Shown piece by piece: positions 1 through 9,471 of a DNA stretch of 64,000 nt (position 1 is the first letter of the stretch; every line of letters starts with the position of its first letter). The notes beneath the pieces are model-generated. The model ran no database searches, had not been told where the DNA came from, and saw only the letters and a list, made by a program, of their open reading frames with translations. Origin of the DNA: an uncultured virus (IMG/VR IMGVR_UViG_3300032897_000528). Taxonomy: Duplodnaviria > Heunggongvirae > Uroviricota > Caudoviricetes. The translations under genes were made by a program, and so were the position numbers. The DNA is taken from the IMG/VR virus record IMGVR_UViG_3300032897_000528; one strand, given 5' to 3'.

Positions 1-7
1 CGATGTC

Positions 8-739
8 GTGGGTGAGACGCCTCTCGAGATGGGAGCCGTCTTCAGCTTCGAGGTGGAGAGCAAGCTGGATCATGACGTCGTTCTCTGGGCCACGGTGTCT
101 GGTCACTTCCAGGACACCCATACCAGCGGCAGGCAGACCAGCGAGAGACAGCAGGGCGAAAGCTCTGAGGCCCCGGGCCTGCTCAGCACGGTCCGCCGCA
201 CTGTCGCCAAGCTGTGCCAGGGAGTAGTCGAGTCCGTCGACGCTTCTCTGCGCGCGTGGCGGGAGGTCGAGGACGGAGCCCGGCAGATCGCCACCTCGAG
301 ACCTGCAGTCGAGGCCTCCGCTGCGTTCGGGCCCGTTGTCGTGGACGGGTTCTCCGCGGAGCGCCCATCCGAAAAGCTCGTGGACGTCGTCGTGGTGAGG
401 TTCGCCAGACCCTTCGTCCCGAGGGTGCTCTGGTTCTCTCCCCAGCATGTCACGGCGTTTACGATCGTGGACCTGAGGGTGCGCAGGCGGGTAGACGGAC
501 CGTCGCACCTCAAGAAACTTGATCTAGATAGTCTCAAAGAGGACAAACGACTCACAGATCTCTTGGGCAAGAGCATGATGCTGAGCTCGTCGCCCATGCC
601 GGGGCTCTGCTTCGCAGATGGCGGGGGAGCGATCTACTGCGACCCCGTGGGAGTGGACGAAGAGCTCTGCATCTTCGTGCGGAATAACGATGCGACTCCC
701 GCTGAGCTTGGCGGCCTGGTGATCGGGGACGTGATTTAG
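8..739 (+). CDS. Hypothetical protein with C-terminal all-beta domain (paralog family A); probably 5'-truncated by window
   Basis: Frame is open to window start. C-terminal PFVPRVLW..FTIVDL..PMPGLCF..D..LCIFVRN..GLVIG pattern is shared with ORFs at 836, 16396 and 60694. Confidence 0.6.
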   Translation: MGETPLEMGAVFSFEVESKLDHDVVLWATVSGHFQDTHTSGRQTSERQQGESSEAPGLLSTVRRTVAKLCQGVVESVDASLRAWREVEDGARQIATSRPAVEASAAFGPVVVDGFSAERPSEKLVDVVVVRFARPFVPRVLWFSPQHVTAFTIVDLRVRRRVDGPSHLKKLDLDSLKEDKRLTDLLGKSMMLSSSPMPGLCFADGGGAIYCDPVGVDEELCIFVRNNDATPAELGGLVIGDVI

Positions 740-835
740 GACTTGGTAGTTTCTAAGTAGTCCAACGACTCTGAAGTTTTCAGGTGAGAGGAGCTCTGCA
801 GATCTCCTGACGACACCTCAAGAAAGGAAAATTCT

Positions 836-1420
836 ATGGGACGACAGTCCGTAAAGCCACCAAGCGCCGACGGCCAGCTCGCCACTCGCGAGTACTTGCT
901 GGGGCTGCATATTCACATCACCGACGAGGACGTCAAGTCGAACGTCCGCATCGCCGTGGCGAGGATGCGCAAGATCTGGGCCCACCGGGCCAGCGGGCTC
1001 TCGATCCAGCAGAGCCCCGAGGAGGAGGAGCTCGACAGGAAGCTGCTCGCGGGCGAGCTCGAGATCTTAGTGGCACCCGGCCAGACGATCAGCCTGCACG
1101 CGCAGCCCCAGGTGGTGTTCAGGCCGACCCACCTCGTCCTCGACGACGAGGCCGCCGAGTGGTACGACGTCGTCGACGTCAAGGTCGGCAAGAACAGCCA
1201 GCTGGTCAGCGGCGATCGGCTACCCGGCACGGCCTTCAGGGCGAGCACCTCTCCGTGCTGCAAGATGGACATCGCTCAGATCAGCATGTACTGCGCGGTG
1301 TCCGTCGTCAACGTGTCCGACAGGCCACAACGGCTGCCCCGGGCGATGCTCAGGGGAGTCTCCGGTGACTACAACATCACGCCTCAGATCGCCGCCGGTC
1401 TGGACTTTCCGACGGTCTGA
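836..1420 (+). CDS. All-beta domain protein (paralog family A)
   Basis: AAGGAAA upstream of ATG; PQVVFRPTHLVL..YDVVDVKVGKNSQ..LPGTAF..MD..VSVVN motif. Confidence 0.75.
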   Translation: MGRQSVKPPSADGQLATREYLLGLHIHITDEDVKSNVRIAVARMRKIWAHRASGLSIQQSPEEEELDRKLLAGELEILVAPGQTISLHAQPQVVFRPTHLVLDDEAAEWYDVVDVKVGKNSQLVSGDRLPGTAFRASTSPCCKMDIAQISMYCAVSVVNVSDRPQRLPRAMLRGVSGDYNITPQIAAGLDFPTV

Positions 1421-1921
1421 ACATATCGACTGCTCTCTCCATGTGGGATACAGAGCTCGACGACTTGATGGCCTTCTGGTCGGCCACCGAGACCGCCGCC
1501 CGGAGGTCGCAGGGGCTCGATCGCTGGCTACTTCGAGTAAAGAGCGACCTCGTGCTCGCCCTGCTGCTGTGGCAATTCTTGGCCGGTAGGTATGGGAGAC
1601 GCTCGCCACGAGTTGAGGCGAGCGGAAGCCTCCACTCCCGAGGGTGCTTGGTGGCGCTCGTCGCACCATGTCTCTACGAGGTCCTGGGGGAGGTGGGGGA
1701 GGTCATCGCGCGCGATCTTCTGGACCCTCCCGCCCAGGTGAGGTGCCACGCCGCCGGTAAGCTGGTCCACCGCCGGTGGCTGGCGTACTATCGCGCGGTG
1801 CTGTCGTCGACGGGGTGGCTGTGCCGCGAGAACACCAGCCAACATCAACGTGCAACCACAAAATTGGGCACCGCCTCTGCTCACCGGAGGGAGGCGGGGC
1901 CTCTCACGTCGGAGGTGAAGC

Positions 1922-2191
1922 ATGGGAATGAGGTACGAAGACGTCGGCGGATCTTTCGAGGCCGGTTATGACGGCCAGTCCTGCGTGGTGCTCAGGCTGA
2001 AGGATTCTACGGGACCGAACTACCACCTGACTCGTCAGGTTATCCACGAGCTCCTTGGGTTGTTCCCAGCGGAGAGTAAGGGAACAGAGGCTCCATCTGA
2101 GCGCTGCCCGTACGGTGGACCAGACACGCCGTCGTCGTGCCGGCTGCCCAAGGGGCACGGAGGACTTCACGAGCGTCGTCCGGGCCGCTAG
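1922..2191 (+). CDS. Hypothetical protein
   Basis: GGAGGTG ribosome-binding site before ATG; 89 aa. Confidence 0.55.
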   Translation: MGMRYEDVGGSFEAGYDGQSCVVLRLKDSTGPNYHLTRQVIHELLGLFPAESKGTEAPSERCPYGGPDTPSSCRLPKGHGGLHERRPGR

Positions 2192-2222
2192 TCTCTGAGT
2201 GGGAGAGGTAGAGAGATCTCGC

Positions 2223-2684
2223 TCACCGGCGCTCGCGCCGCAAGATCTTGAGGGCGTCCCTCAAGATTGGCAGCTGGGCGCGATCTTTCATGCGGTTTGC
2301 CGCCCTCTTCGAAGCTATCACGCGGTCGAGTGGCAGCACCCGCACGACGATTTCAGGAGCGAGCTCAACTCCTACCGACCTCGCGAGCTCGGCGCCGAAG
2401 CTCTCGAGCCCGTCAGGTCTCCACACGAGGTCGAAGTCGTCGAGCCCGGGGCCCGACACCACGGGTGGGTTGGCTCGCCAGGCGTATACTCCGCCGACCG
2501 TGCGGCAGGCCTCGGACAGCTTGCTCGTCTGACCTTGGTCCACCCACAGGTCTATGTCCATGGTGGTGCCCGGGACTCCGTGCAGTATGGCGGCGCTCAT
2601 GCCCACCACCATGTACGATACGCCGCTCGTCTCGAGTGCCCTCAGGAAGGCGAGCTGCTCGTCCGTCAGGAGCGGGGTACTCAC
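2223..2684 (-). CDS. Nucleotidyltransferase (MNT/AbiEii-like), possible toxin or antitoxin
   Basis: VVGMSAAILHG..TMDIDLWV and LDRVIASKRAANRMKD motifs; GTG start at 2684 overlaps the upstream stop (GTGA). Confidence 0.75.
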   Translation of the reverse strand: MSTPLLTDEQLAFLRALETSGVSYMVVGMSAAILHGVPGTTMDIDLWVDQGQTSKLSEACRTVGGVYAWRANPPVVSGPGLDDFDLVWRPDGLESFGAELARSVGVELAPEIVVRVLPLDRVIASKRAANRMKDRAQLPILRDALKILRRERR

Positions 2685-2974
2685 TTCATGACTCCTGACC
2701 AGCGCCCTCGCATGAGACCTCGAGCGAGCCTCTCCTGCGGCGAGCGCTCGAGCGCCAGGAGGGTGCCCTCTGCCACCCCGGCGTCGACCCCGAGCACGCC
2801 GGAGAGGGACGCGGCGCGCTCCACTCGGGCCAAGCGCCGACGCACGTCCCACCTCGCGCGGACGGCCACCCTCGAGATCTCAGATCTCTTCTCCGGCGAG
2901 AGCTTCGCCGCCCGGGCCGGACCTCCCCGCAGCCCTCCCAGTCGTCCCAGTGCGACAGCGTGAGCGTTCTTCAT
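2681..2974 (-). CDS. Small basic protein with AVALGRLGG..ARAAKLSPEKR..ARW motif; partner of the nucleotidyltransferase
   Basis: ATG at 2974; motif nearly identical to 12672..12908; translationally coupled to the NTase gene. Confidence 0.7.
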   Translation of the reverse strand: MKNAHAVALGRLGGLRGGPARAAKLSPEKRSEISRVAVRARWDVRRRLARVERAASLSGVLGVDAGVAEGTLLALERSPQERLARGLMRGRWSGVMK

Positions 2975-3024
2975 GGCGCGTATTCTGCCACGTGAGCGCT
3001 CAAGTATCCAGCTAGTGTGAGGGT

Positions 3025-3237
3025 TCAGCCCCTGCCCTGTCGCAGGGCGGAGCGCCGCTCGACTTCCTCCTCGTACGCAGACCAATCCTCGTCACTCATG
3101 TCGTCTGGGTGGCCGTCGTGGCAGTTGGTCTCCATCCACATGTCCAAGCATGCCTCGTGGATGGTGGCCTTGGACCACTTCTCGTGCAGTCGTCGTCCCA
3201 TCTTTCCGATGTTCGGATTCCTCTTCAGTCCTGACAT
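3025..3237 (-). CDS. Hypothetical protein
   Basis: AAGGAG upstream; 70 aa. Confidence 0.5.
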   Translation of the reverse strand: MSGLKRNPNIGKMGRRLHEKWSKATIHEACLDMWMETNCHDGHPDDMSDEDWSAYEEEVERRSALRQGRG

Positions 3238-4044
3238 GGCTCGCGTCTCCTTCCGTGGATATGTTGTTTAGGCCGCAGTGTACGCAGCGACAGCGGACGG
3301 GTGCCAGCGCGAGCTTTTTTGTGTGGAGGAGCCTGCCGATCTCGCGCTGCGGGCTCGCGGACGGTCGTCGCCTGAAAGCGACGTGTCCGCACTCGAGTCT
3401 CAAGCACCAGGCCTGACTTCCGCGGAGTCCTGGCTTGGCATAACTGATGTGCACGACCAACCGCAGTGGATCTAAGTTCGGAGAGACGCTCGTACCTCGT
3501 CTCTTCGGCACGCCGTGAGCCCAACTCATGTCTCTGATCGCCGCTTCATGGGTACTACTCTTACTTGGGCGTCATACGCGACGATCCTCCGGTCTCGCGC
3601 GATGAGGGCTGGTTTCTCAAAATTCGAAGCGATCAGATTATTGACATACAGGGCAACTTCTCGGAGCTTCGGTGGCTCGGCTCTGCTCTGTATTCTCACC
3701 ATCACTTTGAGCTCGAACACCGTGGATCGTATCGTGGCATGGAACTTGATGGGTCGCCTCTTCAGTCCCGGCATGATCTGTACCTCCAGTGTAGATCTCA
3801 TCCTGTGGGCAGTAGTGGTGAATTGCAGTGGATCTCGAACTCGACGACCTCTGAGCCGGGCACCTGCTCCTGGCGACCGCGCACGAAGTTGAGGGCGTCG
3901 GCGTCGGCCGCCAGGCAGAAGGGACCGAACCAGCACGTGAAGCGGCCCATGCCCGCGCCGGTGCAGATGAGCCACTCGGGCAGGGCGAGGCCGTACCGGG
4001 CCGACGGCCTCCGGAGGGCTAAGCACTTGATCACCTGGCCGCGC

Positions 4045-5727
4045 CTAGGATCCACCAGGCGGCTCCAGCACGCCGACGAGGCTCGCGGGGTAGTAGGCAC
4101 CCTCGTCGCTGGTGGGGACGACCTTACTCGCCCCGGTCTGGTCGTCCTCGAGGACTTTGACCTTGCGGGCCTCGTACTCCACGTGGGCCGCCGCACCTAC
4201 GACGAGCTCACGCTTCTTACTCTTCGACCTGATGAGAAACTGCTGACCGTCCTCGGCTGTGAGGACATAGTCGTGGACCGTCTCGAGCACGCACGTGTGC
4301 TGAGCGTAGAAGCTCTGCTGGGCCTCTGTGGTGTCGGTCACGCGCACCCGCTTGCCGAGGTCGGCCTTCCGGAGCTCGTGCGAGGTCACCGTGGCCCGAG
4401 CGCACAGGGTGCATCGGGTGAGCACCGTCTGCTTGAAGTCGGGTCCTCCCTTGGTGGTCCTGACTTTGTGCTCCTTAACGGTGCCGCGCAGGGAGACCAC
4501 CTGGCCGGGCTCGAGGCCCATGTCGCGGGTGGAGAAGTAAGCGAACATGTTGTCCTGGGGGTCGGACATGGCGTACAGGTACTTGGGCCCGAAGTCTCCC
4601 TCGAGCACCCTGCTGTACTCGACCCGGAGGGCCTCGAACACTCTCCGCTCCTTGACGACTCCCTGGTGGGTGGACCGGGCGGCCCGCTCGGAGAAGCTAG
4701 ACCTTTGGGCGCGCCGCTCGAGGTCTCTCTGGTAGAATATGATGGACGATGCGACGATGCCCTCGAAGCCGGGCCGCAAGATCCCTGAAGCCATCGCCAC
4801 GCGCAGGGAGTTCTCGTAGTCGGAGAGCGCGTCGACGTCGCAGCCCTCGAAGTGCTCACGGCAGTGGTCGATCGCCTTTCTGGCGAGCTCGTAGTCCGCC
4901 TCGCTGGGCATGTAGCGAGTGCGCTGCTGGGGAGACGCGAAGAGGCCGCACGATTGGGCCAGATTGGCGGTGGCCTGGTGGTCCTTGCCCTGAGCTCGCG
5001 CCGCCCTCCGCGACAGCCACCCGTCCTCCCGGATGGAGCACGCCACGAACGGCAGGTAGCTCTCGATCGTCGAGTACCTCGGACCTCCGCGGTCGGAGAC
5101 CTCGCGCTCGGAGTCCTCGAGCAGCTCGCCGGCCGAGCACAAGATCTCCGAGGCCTCGCACAGGGCCCAGGGGTCGGCGATGCCGGTGTAGTCCGACAGG
5201 CACTGCCGGCCGACCTGCCGGAGGCTCCCCGAAGCGTCCCGCAAGACGAAGGTGTCGTTGCGCCGGCGGGCGAGGTGGCAGTGGTCGCAGTTCTTGGGGT
5301 CGGCTTGCCGGTACCTCTTGAGCTCGCCCTCCGCGACGTCTGCTCCCGGGCACACCCGGAGCACGGTCCCCACCTCCTCGACGTGCGACAGCACCGCCAC
5401 GAACTGCCACCCCTCTACGCGCGAGGGCTTCGGAGCCACGAGCTCGACCACCGCGTACACCTCACCGACTCGCCTCGCATGTGCCCTTCCCTCGAAGTCG
5501 AGGGCGGACTGGAGCTGGTCGACCTCGGGCTGGCGCACCTTAAGATCGCCCACGTTGATCACGATCGGCTCCACGGGATAGCCGCGCTTCGCGAGGCGGG
5601 ATGCGCGCTTGTTGAGCTCGACTATCCTCGCCCTCAGGCGCTCGACGTTCTCGGCCGGCACCTCGAAGACGGTGCGCGCACTGCCGCCCTGCCCTGCCAC
5701 AACTTCTGCGATCGTCGCGTTTTCCAT
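4045..5727 (-). CDS. Phage-type hypothetical protein with Cys motif and possible C-terminal OB-fold
   Basis: 560 aa; CDHC..RRRNDTFVL..QVGRQCL motif; C-terminal beta-rich LRGTVKEH..QTVLTRC; promoter-like sequence directly upstream. Confidence 0.7.
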   Translation of the reverse strand: MENATIAEVVAGQGGSARTVFEVPAENVERLRARIVELNKRASRLAKRGYPVEPIVINVGDLKVRQPEVDQLQSALDFEGRAHARRVGEVYAVVELVAPKPSRVEGWQFVAVLSHVEEVGTVLRVCPGADVAEGELKRYRQADPKNCDHCHLARRRNDTFVLRDASGSLRQVGRQCLSDYTGIADPWALCEASEILCSAGELLEDSEREVSDRGGPRYSTIESYLPFVACSIREDGWLSRRAARAQGKDHQATANLAQSCGLFASPQQRTRYMPSEADYELARKAIDHCREHFEGCDVDALSDYENSLRVAMASGILRPGFEGIVASSIIFYQRDLERRAQRSSFSERAARSTHQGVVKERRVFEALRVEYSRVLEGDFGPKYLYAMSDPQDNMFAYFSTRDMGLEPGQVVSLRGTVKEHKVRTTKGGPDFKQTVLTRCTLCARATVTSHELRKADLGKRVRVTDTTEAQQSFYAQHTCVLETVHDYVLTAEDGQQFLIRSKSKKRELVVGAAAHVEYEARKVKVLEDDQTGASKVVPTSDEGAYYPASLVGVLEPPGGS

Positions 5728-5736
5728 CGTGTGACC

Positions 5737-5765
5737 AGGCTACCACTTCTAGAAGTAGGTGTCAA
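5737..5765 (-). promoter_or_regulatory. Sigma70-like promoter (TTGACA-17-TAGCCT), near-leaderless
   Basis: 9 nt from -10 to ATG at 5727; spacer contains the perfect palindrome ACTTCTAGAAGT (5745-5756). Confidence 0.6.
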
Positions 5766-5828
5766 ACGATAAAAATGATGCATCTGCGTCGCACCGGGTC
5801 GGTGGCGGACTGACCCTAATTTTTATCC

Positions 5829-5858
5829 TTGACACCTGGTGAGCTGGTGCCGCAATAT
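5829..5858 (+). promoter_or_regulatory. Sigma70-like promoter (TTGACA-18-CAATAT), divergent from the previous one
   Basis: Both divergent -35 boxes are preceded by ATTTTTATC and followed by CCT. Confidence 0.5.
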
Positions 5859-5922
5859 GGTCAACGACACCAGGTGCGAAAGTGCCAGAAGACATCAATG
5901 AGAATAGGAGCTGTGGACCAAC

Positions 5923-6513
5923 ATGAGCAGAGGAAAGCGAACGAAGAGCAGCAACGGAACGTCGTCGACATCGAGCGCGAGCCGCGGGGATAGTGAGAGC
6001 GCCGCCGCGCCGCTAGTCAAGAAGATGCCCACGGTCGCGGAGCGGATGCGCGCCAAGGCAAAGACCGCTCGCTCCCTGCTCGAAGATCTTGCCGTCCTGG
6101 CGAAGCGCACGGTCGCTCCGCAGGAGATCGTCGAGAAGTCTCAAGCCTTGGGATCGGAGATAGGTTTTCTGCAATCCATCATCGGAGCACTCGATACGAG
6201 CGGCTGGCAGCCGGCCAAGCTGGTACCCCTCAAAGATCTCGCGGAGGGGGACGCCATCACCGTCGCCCCGAAGCACCGCGAGACCTACTCGTTCGTCCCC
6301 GGGCTCGCGGACGGCACCGTCAAGCTCGTGGCGGGCACGATCGTCCGCTCTTCGAACGGCCGCATCCTGCGCGTGCTGCTCAAGAGGTCTGCCATAGACA
6401 TAAGGGCCACGCCGCACGACTTGGGCCCCACCAAGTGCGGGTCTGATGGCGAGGAAACTTACCCCGAGGCCGTCTACGGCTTCGCGCCGCTCGCGCACCT
6501 GCAGCGGGCGTAG
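5923..6513 (+). CDS. Hypothetical protein
   Basis: AGGAG upstream; 196 aa. Confidence 0.65.
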   Translation: MSRGKRTKSSNGTSSTSSASRGDSESAAAPLVKKMPTVAERMRAKAKTARSLLEDLAVLAKRTVAPQEIVEKSQALGSEIGFLQSIIGALDTSGWQPAKLVPLKDLAEGDAITVAPKHRETYSFVPGLADGTVKLVAGTIVRSSNGRILRVLLKRSAIDIRATPHDLGPTKCGSDGEETYPEAVYGFAPLAHLQRA

Positions 6514-6589
6514 CCCGCCAGCACGCGCGCTGAGCGTGTGGGGGCGGACCGGCTCGGTGGGCCCGCCCCGCCGCGAGAGCTGCAAGGTC

Positions 6590-6607
6590 GTCAACCGGAC
6601 AGGCACG
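6590..6607 (-). mobile_element. Solo IS1595-cassette-type terminal repeat
   Basis: Reverse complement CGTGCCTGTCCGGTTGAC matches cassette end CATGCCTATCCGGTTGAC at 16/18. Confidence 0.6.
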
Positions 6608-6616
6608 GTTTTCTAC

Positions 6617-6691
6617 TGCGGGGTCGACAAGCGGTCAAAGTCTCCGGGCTCATAACCCGGCAATTCGCTGGTTCGAATCCAGCCCCCGCAA
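6617..6691 (+). tRNA. tRNA-Met(CAT), initiator-like, copy 1
   Basis: Acceptor stem TGCGGGG/CCCCGCA; D-stem GAC/GTC; anticodon arm CCGGG-CTCATAA-CCCGG; T-arm GCTGG-TTCGAAT-CCAGC; followed by CAA rather than CCA. Confidence 0.93.
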
Positions 6692-6754
6692 CAACGCTCA
6701 GGATCTTCGCTTGTCATGCAACTTGCTGGAAGAGACGGGCAATGGGAGACGGTC

Positions 6755-8326
6755 ATGAGGCAAGAAGAGAGAGGCTCAATCATACTGGTAGTATTGCTGG
6801 TCATCCTCGTCCTCGCAGCTGTGGGGATGGTCGCGATCTTCGCGACGAACAGCACGCTAAGGGTCGAGGCCAACGTCAACATGTACAACCAGGCGCTGGT
6901 AGTGGCCGAGGCCGGGGTCGAGCGAGCTCGCTACATCCTCACGAACCAAGCGGCGCCCCTCGACGTGCACGCGCTCCTTGAGGGGTCGCACCACCCTAAA
7001 GACGAGGTCCCGCAGGCCGAGCAGGAGTGCGCGGGGCAGTGCGGGAATGTCTCGGAGTGCGACGGGGTGAAGCGCGGGGCGATCGTGGTCGACCCTCAGG
7101 GCGCTTCCCTCCTCCTCGACGTCAGCTACCCGTCGATCGATCGCAACCACCTGCCCGACGGGACGCACGTGGCGTCCACGATGGGCAGGTATACCGTCTA
7201 CGTCAGGCAGGACGTGGTAGACTGCAGGATGGGCAACTTCACCTGCGACGGCGTCCCCGCGGGAGACGCCGGGATCTCGGGGTGCGAGGTTCCCGCCGGA
7301 GCGCCCTCTCCGAACGGCGTTCTGACCGTCCGCTCCGAGGGGGTGGCCCTCGACGGCTCTCGAGCTGTTGTGGAGAGGAGCATCAGCATCAGGGCACTAG
7401 CACCAGTAGGACTCAAGAGAGACTCGGGCGCGGGTGGTGGTCCTGACTTGGGAGATCCCGCGGGGTCGGGCGGAGCCGGCGGATCTGGCGGGGACTCCGG
7501 GACCGGAGGATCTACAAGTTCAGGAGGAAGCACCGGCACAGGGGGAGCGGTGCTACCGGGAACCGGAGGCCTGGTCGGCACCGGCGGCCTGGTGGGCACG
7601 GGAGGGCAGGTGGGCACGGGTGGCACCGTGGGTCCTCCCGTCGGCGTGTGCCTCTCCTACGCTGTCTCTGCCGTGGGGCCCTGCAGGACGGACTCCGGGT
7701 GCATCACGATCGACAACAACTCGCTCGTGGACAGCAAGGTCTCCATGAGGTGCTCGCACGGCAGCGCCTCTGGGATATGCCCCAACAACTGCCCCAGCGG
7801 CTGCGTCCCCGCCGTCGACTACAGCTCGAGCATCAGCCTGACTACCAGCACGTTGCCGGTGCCCCCGCACACGACCAGCTCGGCGTCAGTCCTCTCCCCA
7901 CCAGCCACTTCCGTGCCAGCGCCGCCAGATTCAAGTGACGTCACCTACTACGACGAAATCAAGGTGACGTCAGGGACCTTGACCCTGCACAGCGGGCGCT
8001 ACGTGGTCAACAACCTCCGGCTGGACGGGGGCACGCTGCACGTCGATGACGCTCGCGGCCCCGTCGTGGTTTATGTGCTCGGCACCCTGAGCCCGAGCTC
8101 GAGGGTGACGGTCCAGAGCGGCACGGCTAACGGCTTCTGGCTGGTCTACGACGGACCCTACGACGTCAACAACAACACCGGCAACGACTTCACTGGCGTC
8201 ATCTTCGCTCCGGGCGCGGTGGTCAACCTCAACTACAAGGTCCACGGGGCAGTAGTGGGGGCGAAGGTCACGCTCAACAGCCAGTCGCGCGTGTCCTACG
8301 ATGCCGACCTAGCCTGCCCGCTCTGA
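6755..8326 (+). CDS. PilX-like minor pilin N-terminus, Gly/Thr-rich linker and C-terminal beta-helix-like domain
   Basis: MRQEERG|SIILVVLLVILVL..ALVVAEAGVERA prepilin-like N-terminus; repeated GTGG linker; FTGVIFAPGAVV..GAVVGAKV tail; GGGAG before ATG 6755. Confidence 0.8.
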   Translation: MRQEERGSIILVVLLVILVLAAVGMVAIFATNSTLRVEANVNMYNQALVVAEAGVERARYILTNQAAPLDVHALLEGSHHPKDEVPQAEQECAGQCGNVSECDGVKRGAIVVDPQGASLLLDVSYPSIDRNHLPDGTHVASTMGRYTVYVRQDVVDCRMGNFTCDGVPAGDAGISGCEVPAGAPSPNGVLTVRSEGVALDGSRAVVERSISIRALAPVGLKRDSGAGGGPDLGDPAGSGGAGGSGGDSGTGGSTSSGGSTGTGGAVLPGTGGLVGTGGLVGTGGQVGTGGTVGPPVGVCLSYAVSAVGPCRTDSGCITIDNNSLVDSKVSMRCSHGSASGICPNNCPSGCVPAVDYSSSISLTTSTLPVPPHTTSSASVLSPPATSVPAPPDSSDVTYYDEIKVTSGTLTLHSGRYVVNNLRLDGGTLHVDDARGPVVVYVLGTLSPSSRVTVQSGTANGFWLVYDGPYDVNNNTGNDFTGVIFAPGAVVNLNYKVHGAVVGAKVTLNSQSRVSYDADLACPL

Positions 8327-8368
8327 GGAGCTCGCTCCGTGCTGCCGATGGCGTAGAAGGATATTTAC

Positions 8369-8443
8369 TGCGGGGTCGACAAGTGGTCAAAGTCTCCGGG
8401 CTCATAACCCGGCAATTCGCTGGTTCGAATCCAGCCCCCGCAA
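8369..8443 (+). tRNA. tRNA-Met(CAT), initiator-like, copy 2
   Basis: Identical to copy 1 except one C>T in the D-loop. Confidence 0.93.
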
Positions 8444-8467
8444 CAACGCTCGGGATCTTCCGGGCGC

Positions 8468-8527
8468 CCGGCGGCGATGCTCGCTTGTCATGCAACTTGA
8501 GAGCCTCCACATCGCCGCCGGTTTTTT
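8468..8527 (+). terminator. Intrinsic terminator after tRNA copy 2
   Basis: 12-bp stem CCGGCGGCGATG (8468-8479) / CATCGCCGCCGG (8510-8521) followed by T6. Confidence 0.7.
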
Positions 8528-8818
8528 CTGCTCTGTCTCATTGTGGCTTGACTCAGTTCATTCCGATATCGGATCACTTCAATAACTAAGTGTTAAAAAG
8601 TATTTCTTGACCTCATTACCTCGTGGTACGATCGAGTGCATGTCGAAGAGCAAGGTCCGGTCACAACCGAGAGATCGCGCCACGGGCCGCTACTCGTTCG
8701 ACGGCAAGCTCGAGCGACTCTGCCGGTGCGCCAAGCTGCTCGGCACGCACCTGGCCGAGCCTCCCCATCCTGGGCTCGCAGAAGTTGACGGAGTGAAGTA
8801 CATCATTCATCTTTGTTC

Positions 8819-9436
8819 TCATGCATAGCTCCAGAAGCGGGTGTCCGGCACTCCCGGCACTCGGATCTCGCGGGCCCCGGCGGCGACCCTCCTCGCGGCG
8901 ATCTCGGCCGAGCTGTGCCTGTACTTGGGGTACCTGCCGGGGTCCTGCAGGTAGAGGGCGTGGAGCCTGTCCTGAGTCCTGGGGGCGTCCCACTGGGTAG
9001 CGCCTCTGACCAGGTCGGGCACACGGCCCTCGACGACGGCGGCCGCCAGCTGGAGCGTGCGGGCCGTGGGCGGCCGCTTCGTGTCGGCGTAGTGATTCAC
9101 CTCCTGCGATCCGAACCTCCCCGAGGGGCAGAGGACGGCGAAGATCTTGCTCTTGACCCCCCGGACCTTGTTCCACACCGCCCGCCCCACCGCGAGCCTA
9201 CCCTTGTCCATCTTCTCCTCGCTCTGCATAGCGGAGGCCAGCGCGTACGTGTCGAGGTCAGCGCCGGCGGCCTGGGCGAGACCCTCGGGGTCGGCGGCGA
9301 CGAGCCCGTCCGGCCCGACCGCGTGCAGCCGGCCCTCCACCCTCAGGTGAGCCAGGGACCGCGCGACCAGCGCCAGGCCGACCGTGCCGCCGACACCGGC
9401 GGCCCACGCCCTCCAGCCGAGTCGCAGGTCACGCAT
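8819..9436 (-). CDS. Membrane-anchored cell wall hydrolase-like protein (SleB/Hydrolase_2-like)
   Basis: N-terminal hydrophobic segment; YALASAMQSEE..AVGRAVWN and DLVRGATQW motifs. The longer ORF call starts inside the IS; native ATG is at 9436. Confidence 0.55.
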   Translation of the reverse strand: MRDLRLGWRAWAAGVGGTVGLALVARSLAHLRVEGRLHAVGPDGLVAADPEGLAQAAGADLDTYALASAMQSEEKMDKGRLAVGRAVWNKVRGVKSKIFAVLCPSGRFGSQEVNHYADTKRPPTARTLQLAAAVVEGRVPDLVRGATQWDAPRTQDRLHALYLQDPGRYPKYRHSSAEIAARRVAAGAREIRVPGVPDTRFWSYA

Positions 9437-9442
9437 CACTCG

Positions 9443-9471
9443 AGGGTAGTCCGATAGCGCGAACGTGTCAA
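9443..9471 (-). promoter_or_regulatory. Sigma70-like promoter TTGACA-17-TACCCT, leaderless
   Basis: 6 nt from -10 to ATG 9436; the IS1 element inserted just upstream of the -35. Confidence 0.55.

Noticed and set aside
6614..8460. attL/attR of an integrated prophage or island
   Set aside because: Both tRNA copies are full length, they are only 1.75 kb apart, and no integrase was recognised in the window.
6613..8589. Short ORFs overlapping the tRNA genes (6538, 6613, 8274, 8383)
   Set aside because: These are translations of tRNA sequence.
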